DNA from: Vicugna vicugna
Taxonomy: Eukaryota
Assembly: GCA_013265495.1 (NCBI GenBank)
Contig: MU058781.1
Location: 10,645,009-10,709,008 of the forward strand
DNA: 64,000 nucleotides
Reading direction: 5' to 3'
Made by a program: the position numbers and the translations under genes. The notes beneath the pieces are model-generated. The model saw only the letters and a program-made list of their open reading frames with translations. It ran no database searches and had not been told where the DNA came from. Below are positions 51,230-64,000 of this stretch, in pieces; within the stretch, counting starts at the first letter, position 1; each line of letters opens with the position of its first letter.

Positions 51230-51339
51230 CCATCATGCTTCCTGGCTCTCTCCCCGTTTCTTCTCACAGGTGTTTCTCTTAATAAAATTCTTTCATGCTC
51301 ATCTTGGCTTCTGCTCTTCAGAAGACCCAGACTAACACA
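51230..51339 (+). mobile_element. LTR16-type ERVL LTR 3' end
   Basis: CTCACAGGTGTTTCTCTTAATAAA..CATCTTGGCTTCTGCTCTTCAGAAGACCCAGACTAACACA. Confidence 0.7.
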
Positions 51340-52775
51340 TGAATCAATACAATATAGCTTGGTGGTTGAAAATGATTTTCTTTCCTCCTGCAAACATCAT
51401 TTATTGTATTAATCTGATGACAATTTTAATGTCAGGTTGTTGATTTTCTTTGTTTATAAGTAAAAATACTTTTAAACTCTCTTATGTCACTACTGAAAAT
51501 AATAAAGGGTTTTGTTTGTCCTTTAAAACTGGTGTGTATGCCTTTCAAGTTTGAAAAGTTGCCCTAACTAAACATTAACTTGCTACAATTCTCTGTAGCC
51601 AAGGGGACTTAGGGTGAGTAAACTTCCACACGTTTACCAAACTGAATTCAAGTAAATTGCTTTTCAGTTCAGCTATGTTACCTCCAGAGACTGAGACTGA
51701 GCCGTGTATGTCCTGAATTCTCTCTCTGAGCATTATCCTGAGTTGTGCCTGCTCACCCCGACTAGGAAGCAAAACCACCATCAACTGTTAATGTGTGTTT
51801 TTACTAAACGCATCCACTCCACCCAGTCTTGCTCATTCACCACAACCTAGTTTTTAAACACTGCTCAGATTCCTACTTCAACCATGTGTGCCCATTTTGG
51901 CTGCCTTCTCCAACAATTTAGGACAGCCTCGAGGCCATAAACAAGTAAACTTGGACCGCCACAAACCACAGTGCCCCAAGTCTAAACTACTGACTTTGCT
52001 TACTTAGCATACCTCAAGCTGGGGCAAATCCATTGCCAGCCTTGGCTGGAGGCCTCCTAAGAACCTCCTGAGAATGCTGGGAAGGGACCACATTAACATA
52101 TGTAAAAACTATTGCCTCCTTTACTCAAGGATCCTGCAGTGAACATAAGGCAAAGTTTCTTTTATTGCTCCATTACTGTATTATCATTGCCACCATCCTT
52201 AAAGTTCTTCAGTACCTTTGGGATCTAACCCACTTTTCATTTTCTAGGACAACTTGGGGTGGGGACATGGATAAAAGGAAACACACAAGATTCTTGGCTT
52301 TGCTCTCCTTGTTACTTTTAAAGTGAGGCTTTCAACAATAAGTCAATAGAAGCAGAAATGCAGACACGGTTTCAGTCTTCTCCATCACTGAGTAACTGAA
52401 CAGTGTGGAATGTACCATTAGGGGACTAGGCTCTTTCAAACTTTACAAGCTATAGAATCACCCATGGAGCAGAAGATGACAATTTGCAAAACTAGAGGGC
52501 AACCAGGAGATTGGCATTGGTTCAACCCACAATCCCAGACCAATTAAAGGAGAATTTCTGGGGATAGTACTCAAGCATCAGTCACCCCAGGTGACTCTAA
52601 TTTTCTCACCACATTTTAAGATCCATTACTCTAGGTCTAAGACATTTGTTCACAAACTTTATCAGGCATAAAAATCATCTGAATACTTAATAATACAAAG
52701 ATTGCTGGGACTCACCCCCCATTTCTGGTTAAATATCTATGTAAAGAATTCGCATTTCTAACGCATACTCGGGAG

Positions 52776-52778
<3 letters not shown>

Positions 52779-52840
<62 letters not shown>
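52779..52840. repeat. Perfect (TG)31 microsatellite
   Basis: 62-nt uninterrupted TG run, then TCTGTGTG. Confidence 0.98.
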
Positions 52841-52842
<2 letters not shown>

Positions 52843-52857
52843 TGTGTGCATCACTAC

Positions 52858-52963
52858 ATTTATTTGTTTATTTATTTATTTTTAATAGATGTACTGGGGA
52901 TTGAACCTAGGACCTGGTGCATGCTAAGCGTGCGCTCTACCACTGAACTATACTCACCCCCCC
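52858..52963 (-). mobile_element. Camelid tRNA-Ala-derived SINE (Vic-1 type)
   Basis: Minus strand GGGGGTGAGTATAGTTCAGTGGTAGAGCGCACGCTTAGCATGCACCAGGTCCTAGGTTCAATCCCCAGTAC plus (TAAA)n tail. Confidence 0.92.
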
Positions 52964-53019
52964 ACTCAGGATATATTGATACTGATGGTCCAGGGATTTT
53001 GAAACCTAACACCCTAGGA

Positions 53020-53215
53020 AATTTGGTTTCCCAGAAGGTCTACTTAGACACACTTCTTCTGCCTACATTTTATTGTCAATGACTATGTCACCTGGACATC
53101 ATTAGCCGCAAGGGAACCAGGATATTAAATATTTTCATTGAGCACAGTACTTCCTCAGGGAAAATCAGAATGACCTTAAGGAAGAAGGGGAGAATAGATA
53201 TCTGGGAGGTCAGTA
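53020..53215 (-). mobile_element. Old MaLR LTR fragment (MLT1J/K-like)
   Basis: CTTCTGCCTACATTTTATTG..GTCACCTGG..AGCCGCAAGGGA..GGAAGAAGGGGAGAATAGATAT. Confidence 0.6.
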
Positions 53216-54824
53216 CTTCCTAAAAGAAATGAAGGTCATGTGAGCATAAAAATGATATTATTTTGGGGGCACACTGGAATAACTTATTATCTATGGTACA
53301 GGCCCTTCAGCCACCCAGGCTCTGTCCATCCACGAGGGGACCCAAGTTCTGTCCATGCAGATGATGCAGCTCTGGACTGACAACTAGAAGTATCAGCTAC
53401 AGAAATGTACCAAGGTGAAACACTATTCCCTAGCTTGTTGGACTGGTCCACTCTTGGAAGAAAAGAAAAGGTTCATATTCAGCAACTTGAGCAAGTGTCA
53501 TTTTATGTGGGAGTGGGTGTGGTGAAGCGTTAACTCCTGATGGCTGAGCTGCATCTTCCCTCAGCAAACTTCACTCAGAGGCTCACTAGTGAATTGTCTA
53601 TGAACATAGTAGACGTATTAGTGCTTGAATCTGATCGTACTTCAATCATTCTCCTAGATCATTTCCTTCAGATTTTTTTTTTTCTATGAAGAGATCTCAC
53701 ACAATTCCTGGCTAACACCATGGAACTGAAGAGTTTTAGAATCATTGCCAGTAGATTAGCTGAGTGACTGCCCCAGGGAGCACATACCAGTATAAAGTAC
53801 TCTAATATCCCTAATTCTCGTCTTACCTTCTGCACACCCTGCCATTTGGAACAATTGTAACGCTTCCCATTTTTAATGGCTGAATTTGAAAGGGAAGTAG
53901 GTTCTGAAATGTCTTAGTGCAGAGCAATTTTAAAAGATTTGAAAGCTTTTCCCTTCAAGCCACAAAATGTTCTGAAAGCTCTGAGCACTTGACTCTATCC
54001 TGCGTAGATCTCACCAGGCTGCCATTCCATCAGCCCCCAATACACTAAAAAATATGTCTTGAGTCATTAAGACATTCCTATTGCTTCAAATGACTCTACT
54101 GCTCCTATAAAAGCTGAAATTATTTTCACTTGAGAAGGTCCAGGCCTGTGATTTCCTTCGCCAAAAGAATAGGGCCCATCAGTAAAAATTACATAAAAGT
54201 AATAGTTTGCATCCAAAATATGTCTTATTGTATATAAGTAAAATGTAAGGACCTCTAATGTATATTGGTCTCCATTGTTTGCAAAAAAAAAAGCTACAGT
54301 ACTTGGTACAATCTTTATCGCATTACTGCTGTTATTCTCTGGGTGACAGCATAAGGTTCATTGCTGGGATGATGGACAGTCACAGAGCCACACACTCAGC
54401 ACCCTTTGCTCTGTGGCTACTGCTGCAATTTTCAAGGCCTACCATAGGGTGAACTGCTACGTCTTCATTTCTCAGGCTGCTTAGATTTTTGCTCAAAATT
54501 GGCCACACTGGCTCTGACTGCCATCTACTGAGAGAGCTCCTCCAACTGCTCTGGGCTCTTATAGGGTAGCAGGGGCTTTTTGGTAAATTTACTCATGGTC
54601 AAGGATTAGCAGATTCTGTTTTAGATAGGAATGTTAGATCTCCATGACCACGCAAAGTGTCAAAGCCTGAACTCATTCATCATTCCCTTCCTAAGAGTGA
54701 GCTTGTAATGTCTTGCTATTCACGAATCAGCCTCATTCCTTTCACACAACTTAGCATATTAGGTCTTACATTTAACAGTTAATAAAGAAAACTACATCAC
54801 TTCAATCAGTATTAGTTCGAGTAA

Positions 54825-54955
54825 TTTCATCCAACAGCCGTTCAGTAAGTAGTCACTGAGTGCCCCCTACTTTGTTGAGTGTCCCTGTTGTAGGGGACGC
54901 AGCAGTGAATAAAACAGTCATAATCCAGTACTTAAAGAGCTCACGTTTACATTGT
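54825..54955 (-). mobile_element. L2 3' end
   Basis: CACTGAGTGCCCCCTAC..GGGGACGCAGCAGTGAATAAAACAG..AGAGCTCAC. Confidence 0.65.
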
Positions 54956-55579
54956 AAGTTGATTTATAAAGTACCTATTTAATCATCTACGTTTCTTAAT
55001 GAGTTTCTTGCAATTATGAAATGAATTTATTTCAGGCAGTTTTCTAACTGTGGTGGGGGAAGTGAACAACTGAAAAGAATCTTTCCCTAGCATTCTGAGC
55101 CTACTCTTCTTTTGAGTCTTCTTAGTTTCATTACTCTCCTTCAGTTTCTGATCCTATATTCTTAACTCAACAACAGGAAGTTTGTCAGTCAGTCCCTTAT
55201 TTCTGTCTATCCCCTCACGAGATGATGAGCTCTGATCTCAAGAACAGAGAAACGACCTTCCATGTACCGTCCCGGCCCATCCCTGACATTCCTCCCTCTC
55301 ACACAGCAAATGCAGGAGTCTCCATCACTGTGAGAGCTCCAGACATGTTGGATAGAGTGGACAGGTAGAGGGATGGGTGGGTGGATGCCCAGTAGTGCCC
55401 TGGGAGAACGTCTACTAGACTGGTACTTTACTGAAGTCACTATCATGGCTTATTTAGTCCACGTGGCTTCCTCATAAGTCCAAACTTATTTCTTAAGGTT
55501 TTGAAGGATTTTGTCTAAGCAGAGTACTCAGGCCCTGTGCCAGGTCACAAGGATGTTTTGCCATGAAGAAAAACTCTTC

Positions 55580-55750
55580 GCAGAATCTGGAAGGCATCTC
55601 AGAGAACATCTAGTTCAACTGCATGATTTATAGATGAGAAAAGGAACCATGAAAGGTGAAATGTTCTACTTGAGATTACATTGCTGGACAGACACAAAAC
55701 AATGACTAGAACCTGTTCTTTATTCCCAGCTCAGGGATCTTCCCAGTGCA
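55580..55750 (-). mobile_element. MIR fragment
   Basis: CTGGAAGG..CATCTAGTTCAAC..TTTATAGATGAGAAAA..GACTAGAACC. Confidence 0.65.
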
Positions 55751-58579
55751 CAATATGAACCACGTTTGTAAACAAGACAAAGTAAGGTAACATCATAAAT
55801 GTCCTCAACAATTCACCATAAACATGAAGGGACAGATCATTCACCATGATTCCTGGATGCCAGCCAAAGTTCTTGGCAGAAGGACAGGGCACCTTGAATT
55901 TATATTTGCTTAAGAGGCTACAGGATGTTTACCCAGAATGTGTAGCAGATGCTGCATCTTTCTATCTGCCTTGGTTATGCAACAACTGAAACTGAAATTC
56001 TGTGTGGCCATGTCCTATGTAGCAATTCAGTTGTGTTCCGTGCCCACCAAAAGAAAATTTTTCAAAATAACAACTCTGACAAAAACTTGAGGTTTGGGAG
56101 CATCAAGATGTTCCTGAACCCATGTGAGACATTCCTTAATTATAAAATCAGCACAAGTTTTAACACAGTGGGACTCTTGGGAAAAAAAGAGAGCAATGGT
56201 ACAAAAGAGCAGTAAGAATAATTATTGTGTATGTTAATGAGTGGTATTTCCTTTGTTATCTAAATTACTGGTGAGGTTGTATTGTTTTTGTTCACCCAAC
56301 ATGTATCACATACAAATGGAGTAGTTTGTATGATCTGAGAAGCAAATAGGAAAATCTGCTGGCCCCCAAACTAACTTGTACAAATTACAGCATAAGAAAA
56401 TCCCTCCCTTGGACATAAAAGGCTGACCTTAGAAGTGCAAATAATTTCGAAGAGTTATATCATAAAATCACCTAAGTATACCATCAGTAGTTTATAACTG
56501 AGTGCACGTTTAATGAGATGGCACAAAACAAAACTGCCAATTCTCTTATTGGTAGAGTGGGTTTCTTGTTGCTCTGGGCCTGACATCCCCAGCTCAGTGA
56601 TTTCCACATTGCATAATACATTATAATCCACCATTCATTGTCCCTGATAACTCTTCAGATGCTTTCAGTTGTTGTAAGCTAAAGGATATCTGCCTTAAAC
56701 TGGCTTCTTACCTCTGTGTTCATCTCAGATTTTGGCCTTTGTAACTGAAAGGTGAAGAGGGCAAGTAAGCATTCTGTCCCCGGTTCTATCCCGAAACAGA
56801 GTCATGAGATTGAGTCTTACTGACCAAATTCCAATATATGACCATCCCTAAACCAGTTCCTGTTGCCCTGGAGGATGGACTTTTCTGACTGGCTGGAATC
56901 AATTGTGACCAATACCTAAAACAGGTGTTGTAACTACATGGGGGCAGAGATGGATGTTTGCTGCTACGACACCCACAGGGTGCACAGTACTAGATGTTGT
57001 AAAGAGAGAGGGGTTTTCATGATGGATGGGTGAACAGGAGAAATGATAATAAGTTCCGAGTATGGAGCACTGCCTGAAGAGGATGGATATAATTGGACTC
57101 TAAAATGGGAGCTCTGTTGTGCTGGATTAATAAATCTCTCAGGGGCAGAAGAAGGGTAAATAGTTGCTGTTAGTTAAGAGAGTTTCAGAAAGAGAGTAGA
57201 CAAGGGCATGCATTGTGTTTTTTTTTTTTAAATTGCACAAAGGCAATAATCTACAGATACTTTCTGCAAACCTCTTGCTCAGAGACATCAGTAGTGGAAG
57301 GAAAGTAGCAAAATATGCACATCTCTCCTTACATCTTTCTTTCTGGACTCAAATTGAATAACAAGATTCTACGGGTTACTGACAGCATTCTGGGTGGGAA
57401 AAAAGATAAAGAAAACCTATTGACGTTGCTCTGATCCCTATTTTACTTTTCAGATATGATCATTTAAGATCACAAACATAACTTTCTTTAAAATTAGAGG
57501 TCAGTGTGTTTGGTGTCCAAAATCTTTAGAGTGTAAAGGTTGAGTCTAAAAATTATTGCTTCTTTTCTTTCTTTCTGTCCTGTCAGGTCATGATGTGTCC
57601 TCCCTTATCAAGTCTCTCTACAGTAAATATCTTAATATATCACAACTTAATAGCATTTTTATGAGGTTAATTCAGTGTAATAAATGCTGCAGAGAGAAAT
57701 CAGCAGTACAGAATAGTAACAAGTGCACTGTATTAGGAAAATGTAAAACCTAGAATTCCACCACTAACTAACTATGAATTTTGGTCAAGTCATTCATTTT
57801 TTAGGACTTCAACAGTGGGTTTCTTCCTAAGATGAGAATATTAATACCTTACCTCTCTAAATGCAGAGAAGTGGACAAGATGATCTCTTGATTCCCCCTT
57901 AGGATGAAAATATCTATTATTCTTGGGGAAAAGTCAACAACTGACTCTTGCGAATGACATGGTAATAATCCTATGATATTTTGAAATGTTAGTATTAACA
58001 TAAGTGGGCTACTGGTGTATTCATGATGGTAAGCAAATTACAACTGCAATGTAAGTTAGTAAAAGGGCAGCTTCCATTTTGAGATCTTTGTGTCCTGTGT
58101 CTCAATCAATCATTCTTCAATTTTTAGATCAGTTTTAGTTGTAACTTTTTTGTGATGTCAGTATATAAAAACAAAATGTAGTTGTTACTGGGACCAAAAA
58201 CTCACACCAAACCGATGACTTCTTCACTACCCCATGAATGCACTGAACATTTAAAATGAATATGATAGAGGGCATTGCTATTAGCTCGATTACTTTTTCT
58301 AGAAAACTGCTTTTGTATTTAACTGTTTCCTTTATTGTCCTAAGATAAGTGTTCAGTGTTGGGGTCTGTTGTAGTAACTATAGCTTTAAGCAGGTATTTT
58401 TTCTTAAGCAAATTGAATAGAAAACCATTTATTGGAGAAGAGCTAGGGGGCGAGGGAACTAAACAAGTGTGTTTCTGAAAGATGCATAGATTCACTAGTG
58501 AGACTTATGGATTGCTTTAAATTGCTACCAAAAATGCCTGCACTGAAAGCTAACTTACAACACATGTATATGTAGAGAA

Positions 58580-59070
58580 ACATTCATTCATATATGCTTG
58601 CTTTATTCATATACACTAAATACCCAGGCACTGCGCTAGGAGCTAGTTACAGAAATGTTGGTGAATGGAGGCTTCCCCTGGTTCCATGGAGCTATGAGCA
58701 AATACAATGACAGCACATAGGAGGATGCAAGTATTCTACCTAGAGAAAGCTGACTTCACAGATCTGGGTGGACACCCTCTGTATATCTGCGATAGCGAAG
58801 TAAATAACATTTCCCAAGAAACAGGGCAGAACTGGAAGATAAAAAGAACTGAAGACAAGACATGGCGAGCACTGTGGGAAAACCACAAAGAGTATCACAT
58901 GACTAATACATAACACTATATTTAAAGAATGAATTGCTGAACTGGAGAGAGCATGGGGAAATGGCATCAAATAAGATTGAGAAGCTAGATTATAAGGGAC
59001 TTTATAGCACCTATAACCTTATAACCATGCAGTCGAGATTTAACTTGAAGACACCGGAGAGATGTATATA
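58580..59070 (-). mobile_element. L2 remnant
   Basis: CATTCATTCA..CCAGGCACTGCGCTAGG..CATGGAGCT. Confidence 0.6.
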
Positions 59071-60212
59071 GGTGTCAGACCGCCTCCATCCCAGAAGGGA
59101 ACACAATTTCTTTCATCTTTACACGATGATATGACAATATCATTCTTCAGGTCTCCTATGCCCTCATAATACCTCATTAGCCTTAGGTCACACTGCACAC
59201 AGGTAAATCATCTTCGTATCATTCGGCCCCTACGAGAGGAAATCTGCCTATTTTCTCACTTACAGCTCTACACTTCTCTCTGTTGAAGAAGAATCCATAT
59301 TATTTGATGCCAAGTAGGGAAAGGAGTAAATCCAGTCCTGCTGGAACTTCACTTTGAATGATAATGATTATCTAATATCTCAGTATAAAGTGTATTCTTT
59401 TTGATACATCCATATAAAGTTGATATTCATAATCTGAGCAGTAAGCATCCTTTGTAAATACCCTTGCTTCTAGCTGCATTCTCATAAAACCTATTTTAAT
59501 GCATTTCCCCAGGGCTATAGGCAAACAATACAACCCCTGCTTTTGATAGGGCTTTGAAAGCGGGAACAAATTATGCTGTATAAAACCAGAGGGCAAAGTG
59601 AAAAGCAGTAGAATGAAAATACTCTGTTGTAGAACCATCAAGGTGTTTTTGTTCTGTTGTGTTATCTTTTAATCTTTCCCTTATCTATTTAGGGAAGAGG
59701 GCTGCAGAATGAGATTGGCTTATTCGCTCTCATTATTTTTTATTAAAGCACAGTGTATTTTCCATTTCTATTCTTCTTTACACAAACTGCTACAGGGAAT
59801 GTTGAATGTAACCTTGAATTCTGTTTTGTCCTTTAAGGAGAAATAGTTAAGTTCCTGTGGAGGTTTTGTGAGGAGAATAACCAAGTCTACTTTGGTTGCT
59901 TGAGGCATCTTAATGAATTCACATGTGTGTGATATTAGACTTCACTATACCTAACTCACGTGAGCCCCTTACACATCTGCATCCTCAGAGACACCCCTCC
60001 CTCCCCTTTGGTAGCACCTTCTGAGCTGTAAGTCACTCCTTTGATATTCCTGACCTGCTGTCGTTCTCACTCACACCTGAACCTAGTTCAGGTCCAGAGT
60101 GAGATCTTACACTTTGGTCTCCCCTGGTACCCTAAATTCAACATCTGCAGACTGAGTACATCCTTCCATCCACCACTCCCACCATATGACCCCTCCTATT
60201 TCTCAACTGCTA

Positions 60213-60323
60213 TCTTATTTCATCAAGTCAAAGATATTCAACTTTCTCATTTAAAATTTTTTGAAATCAGAATCTGCCTGACAATGGATGGCATCTTAAA
60301 ATTACTGCTGCTGGGCGGAAGTC
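60213..60323 (+). mobile_element. MER104/Kanga-type Tc2 DNA transposon fragment
   Basis: TA then TCTTATTTCATC..TGAAATCAGAAT..ACAATGGATGGCATCTTA. Confidence 0.6.
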
Positions 60324-61714
60324 TTAATAAGGGGGAACTCTGAGTAGAAGAATTTAGTCCTAAATGTTCATATTGTTAAAGAGTCTCAATTGGCATAATA
60401 TTTCTGTATATCAAGTAAATGTATTCCTAAAAATGGACTGTAAAGTAAACTTTAGGATAATATACCCCCATTTTCTTGTTCATTTATTTGAAAAAATATA
60501 GTCACATTCAATAATATGTCAAAGTCACTCAAAGTGTATTTCTAATTCAAAACCAATTTTAAAATTAAATGTTAACATCCCAGGAAAAGTCAGAAGATAA
60601 AAATACTAAAACTAAAAATATGATGATCAGCAGATGAGGAGGTGGAAGTAACACATCCTAAGCTTTCATGATTTGACTTTAGTTTTCACCTGCTACAAAC
60701 CACATTTACACTTCCAATTTTAGTTTTTTTTTTTTTTACATTCTTATTTTTCACTGTCTTCTATCATTGCCATTTGGCTTTCCTCAGACTATTTCGACCT
60801 CAGTTAATCAATCAATCATTCAACGTCTTTAAAAAAAATCTCAACAGCTAAACAGGGCACCACACAAAAGGCCCAAGTAGATCCAAGAAACTCTAACTAC
60901 TCCTACGCTCAAGATGTATTTTAGGTTCTTTGAAAGATAAGTTATAAACACATTCACATCTAGCATCCCAGCCCACACACTGCAGATGCTCAATAAATGT
61001 CTACTGCATAATAGAAATTTTATTGACAGATAATGGCAGCAATAAATTAATGCTAAGGAAAAAATGCATCCTATGATAAATGTCTCAGGAGCAGTACAGA
61101 CCTTAAGAACTGTAGGCTTTCAAAACAGGGAGAGAGATGTCTATAGGCTGACCTTATCCAAAGTCACCGGGGCTCAAAGGTGAAGTGCTATGATAGCCCA
61201 TACAGTGTCTCTGGGCTCATTTGGAAAAGGCATCTTCCTCTGGGCAGATGCAATCCTAGACTGTTCGGTTTGCCAAAGCACAGGCTGGATTTCGGCTCCT
61301 TTCCACACTTTTGTGTAGACACTCTTGATCAGTAAACACCCTGAACAACTACATATGGTGCCTCTGGGAAGAGAAGAATTGTGTGCCTGAAAAGCACTTA
61401 ATGCTTTCCTTTGATTAAAATTTTTTTTTTCCAAATTCCTCTTTCTTTCCCGCAACAGGCATCGTCCTTATGTACTTACAAACGCTAGTCTCTTGATGGG
61501 TGGGTCTGTCTCACTCATAACCTACCCATGTGCTTTAAATGTTATTTCTACTTTGAAGTCATATTTTGCCACCCACTTTTTGTCTCCTCAAGTTAAAAAG
61601 TCATTGTTGTCTCTCCAAGGAGAACATAAAATTGTAGTAAAGCATGTATTAAAAGCGTTCTCTTCATCCCAGTAGTTCACTGTCTGCAGAGGCATTCATT
61701 ACTCTCTCCTTTCT

Positions 61715-61880
61715 TCTTTTCAGCCATCTGTGAGGTATGATTAGGAGCCCCATTTTACCAATGAGGAAGGTGAGAACCTGGGAGTTTCTGTGACTATTCA
61801 GATTTTTGCAAGAATTAATGGGGACTGGATGTGAATCCTAAGGTTCTGAATCTGAATTCTTGAAGGTAAAGTCCATCAGA
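61715..61880 (-). mobile_element. MIR fragment
   Basis: CTGTGAGGTA..CCCATTTTACCAATGAGGAAGGTGAG..GGGACTGGATGTGAATCC. Confidence 0.65.
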
Positions 61881-61959
61881 ATAACCTTTTGTCTATTTCC
61901 TTTACTTTTGAATTCCTACTTCCTGAAATATTGATCAAATCCATTTTTAATAAAAATGC

Positions 61960-62720
61960 AACACATTCAATACTTATTTTTGAGTACCTACTGTTTGGCA
62001 GTTATCATTTTAGATACTAGGGATATGGCTGTGGGTATTTTATTCCAACAGGAAAGATAATAAATAAATTAGTAAGTAAATAATCTGGTATGTCAAGTGT
62101 TGACAGATGTTATGGAGATAAATCAGGGAAGAGGGAAAGAGTGCAGCCTGGGGGTAGGAGGCTTGCTATTTAAATAAGGCGATCAAGGAGTACTGTAAAA
62201 ATTGGTTAATACTTGAATGAAGAGCTGCAGGAGGAGAGGCATAAACTACATCAGGTTAGAGCTTGCCATGCCGAAAAAAGCAGAGCTAAAATCCTGATGG
62301 AAATATCCATTGAGGATTTCACTTTGAATGTCTGAGTAACAGCAAGGGAGTTAGTTTTGCTAGAAAGACGTGCATAACAAGAAAGAGAGGAGGCAAGGTC
62401 AGGGAGCGAAAAGGAACGAGCGAGACACACATTAGACCATTGTTAGGACTTTGCCTTCTACCCTAAGCTCAGTAAGAAGCCACTAGAGGTTTCCAGCAAA
62501 GCAGTGACAGAATCTCATTTCCATCGAAACAGGATCAGTCTAGATGTGTGCTTAGAATGGACTCTTGAGGGGCAAGGATGAAAGCAGAGAGATCAGTATG
62601 GAAGCATAACCATGACAATGACTTAGACACACTTGAAGACAGAGCCAGTAGAGTTTGCTGATAAATTGGATATTGGAGAGAGAGAGAAAGAGAAGTCAAG
62701 GAAAATTGAAAAAATGTTCA
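61960..62720 (-). mobile_element. L2 3' remnant
   Basis: CATTCAATACTTATTTTTGAGTACCTACTGT..TAGGACTTTG..AAGCCACTAGAGG..AGGATCAGTCTAG..TTTGCTGATAAATTGGAT. Confidence 0.8.
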
Positions 62721-63793
62721 ACTGTGCTCTTTACTATACATTACCTTCTAATAATCACAACTCCTCAATAGTGTTGTAATTTATAAAACAATTTTCTATA
62801 CATTATTTTATTGAACTATGGACCAGGGTTCTCAGTATATGTCACCTCTTCCTATTTGAAGTTTATAAGTTTCATTTTTCTTTGGTAAGCTAGTTTCCTT
62901 AATGATGAATTTTAAATGAACAAAAAAAAATTCAAAAATAAAATACTGAAACCTCAGGAGACTGACCTCCACTTAAACATATCATTCAGATATTTCCTAG
63001 AATTGAAGAAAAGGTTCAAAAATGTATGGATACAAAATTACCTGTTTCATTTATTAATGCCCTGCTTTATACTTTTCTGAAAGCTTTTCATATAATAAAG
63101 AGCATATGTATTTTCATTCTAATTTCTTCCCACAGAAAAACTAAATAGTTTTTTTTGAGGATTGTGATCAAGTGCATTCTTATTTTTTTCAAGAAGTCGG
63201 ATGCTTAGGTTTGACATTTTATAGTTTTAAGTTTATTTTTATTCTCTATATGATTTACTTAGCTAATTTATTTCAATAAATGTATATAAGGAAAAGTTAT
63301 TGTATTTTTTTAGACTATTACCTAATTTATGTCCATCAGATTTTAAAAATATTCCTGGAATCATTGACCTAGAAAGAACTTTAGTAAGTACTTGATTCTG
63401 TGTTCCTCAATTATTCCTAAATTGTTTTTTAATTCACAGGGTTTTTGACATTGTGATAATCTTTAATATTACAAGACTACCTGAGTCATAATAATGTGAC
63501 CTTGTATATGTGGGTTTTTCAGTAGTAGACTGAATAAAAATATATTTTTTAAAGTCTGGAGAACTAGAAGAGGGTTGCCTTAAACATTAAATAAGCTGAT
63601 ACACATTTACTATTTAAAACAACAACTAACCATGTTCAGTAAAAATGCTTGTTGTTATGCTGATTATATACATATTTCCTCTACTCAAAAAATTTTCTTT
63701 CTTAAGTTTTCTACGATTCTTAAAATGAAAACACTATGTTTCTGAATAGGCTTTTTAAGCCATGCATGCCTAAAAATCTTCCTATATTTCTTG

Positions 63794-63901
63794 TGGAGTG
63801 ATCCATCTCTGCTTCCTGGGATTTTCCCAGTTTTAGCCTTGAAAGTCCCAAATCCTGGGAACCCCCCTAGTCCCAGGCAAATTAGGACACCAGATCAGCC
63901 T
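63794..63901. mobile_element. MER81 (hAT-Blackjack) MITE
   Basis: CCCAGTTTTAGCCTTGAAAGTCCC..CCTGGGAACCCCCTAGTCCCAGGCAAA. Confidence 0.75.
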
Positions 63902-64000
63902 CTCTCAGAGCCCTCCTCACAACCCTTTGATCACTACCACAACCAGAGGTCTTTGTTTCTCAAAGTCACAAGAGTCTGCAACAGATGCAAAACTAGAGCC

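Larger units (their letters stand above)
52428..53005. mobile_element. Two adjacent MER5A-like fossils, the second interrupted by a SINE
   Basis: TAGAATCACC..CCCAGACCAATTAA..CCCCAGGTGACTCTAAT (52428-52634); AGATTGCTGGGACTCACCCC..GCATTTCTAAC / ..TGATACTGATGGTCCAGGGA. Confidence 0.65.

Noticed and set aside
52780..53082. 100-aa Cys/Val-repeat ORF
   Set aside because: Translation of the TG microsatellite and antisense SINE.
1..64000. CRISPR arrays, operons, rRNA genes or other prokaryotic systems
   Set aside because: The sequence is mammalian and repeat-rich; no repeat-spacer arrays or dense coding seen.

Overview
AT-rich mammalian non-coding DNA (gene desert or large intron), most likely from a camelid, because it carries two Vic-1-type tRNA-Ala-derived SINEs and cetartiodactyl-type L1 3' ends. 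I found no intact protein-coding gene; the ORFs supplied are chance ORFs or repeat-derived. Much of the window is decayed interspersed repeat: L1, L2, MIR, MaLR/ERVL LTRs, and hAT and Tc1/mariner DNA transposon fossils. The main result is a heavily decayed, near full-length endogenous bornavirus-like nucleoprotein element (EBLN) at about 14600-16290 on the + strand. It is not visible in the ORF track and appears only when frameshifted + strand translations are joined: LPFLP..LQ..VGG, AGLEEMSERF, FES, ETTTY, LAP(R)SFP, PFMxNF and VKxEQIDKLQR lie collinear with Borna disease virus N. An MLT1A-type LTR splits it, which implies a very old viral insertion. Other points of interest are a tailless 7SL retropseudogene, two L1 inversion/snap-back junctions, an unassigned palindromic MITE-like element and a homeodomain-motif-rich unique island with candidate non-coding exons. 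Repeat family names and protein similarities were recognised by eye from remembered consensus sequences and need computational confirmation; boundaries are approximate unless a TSD is given.
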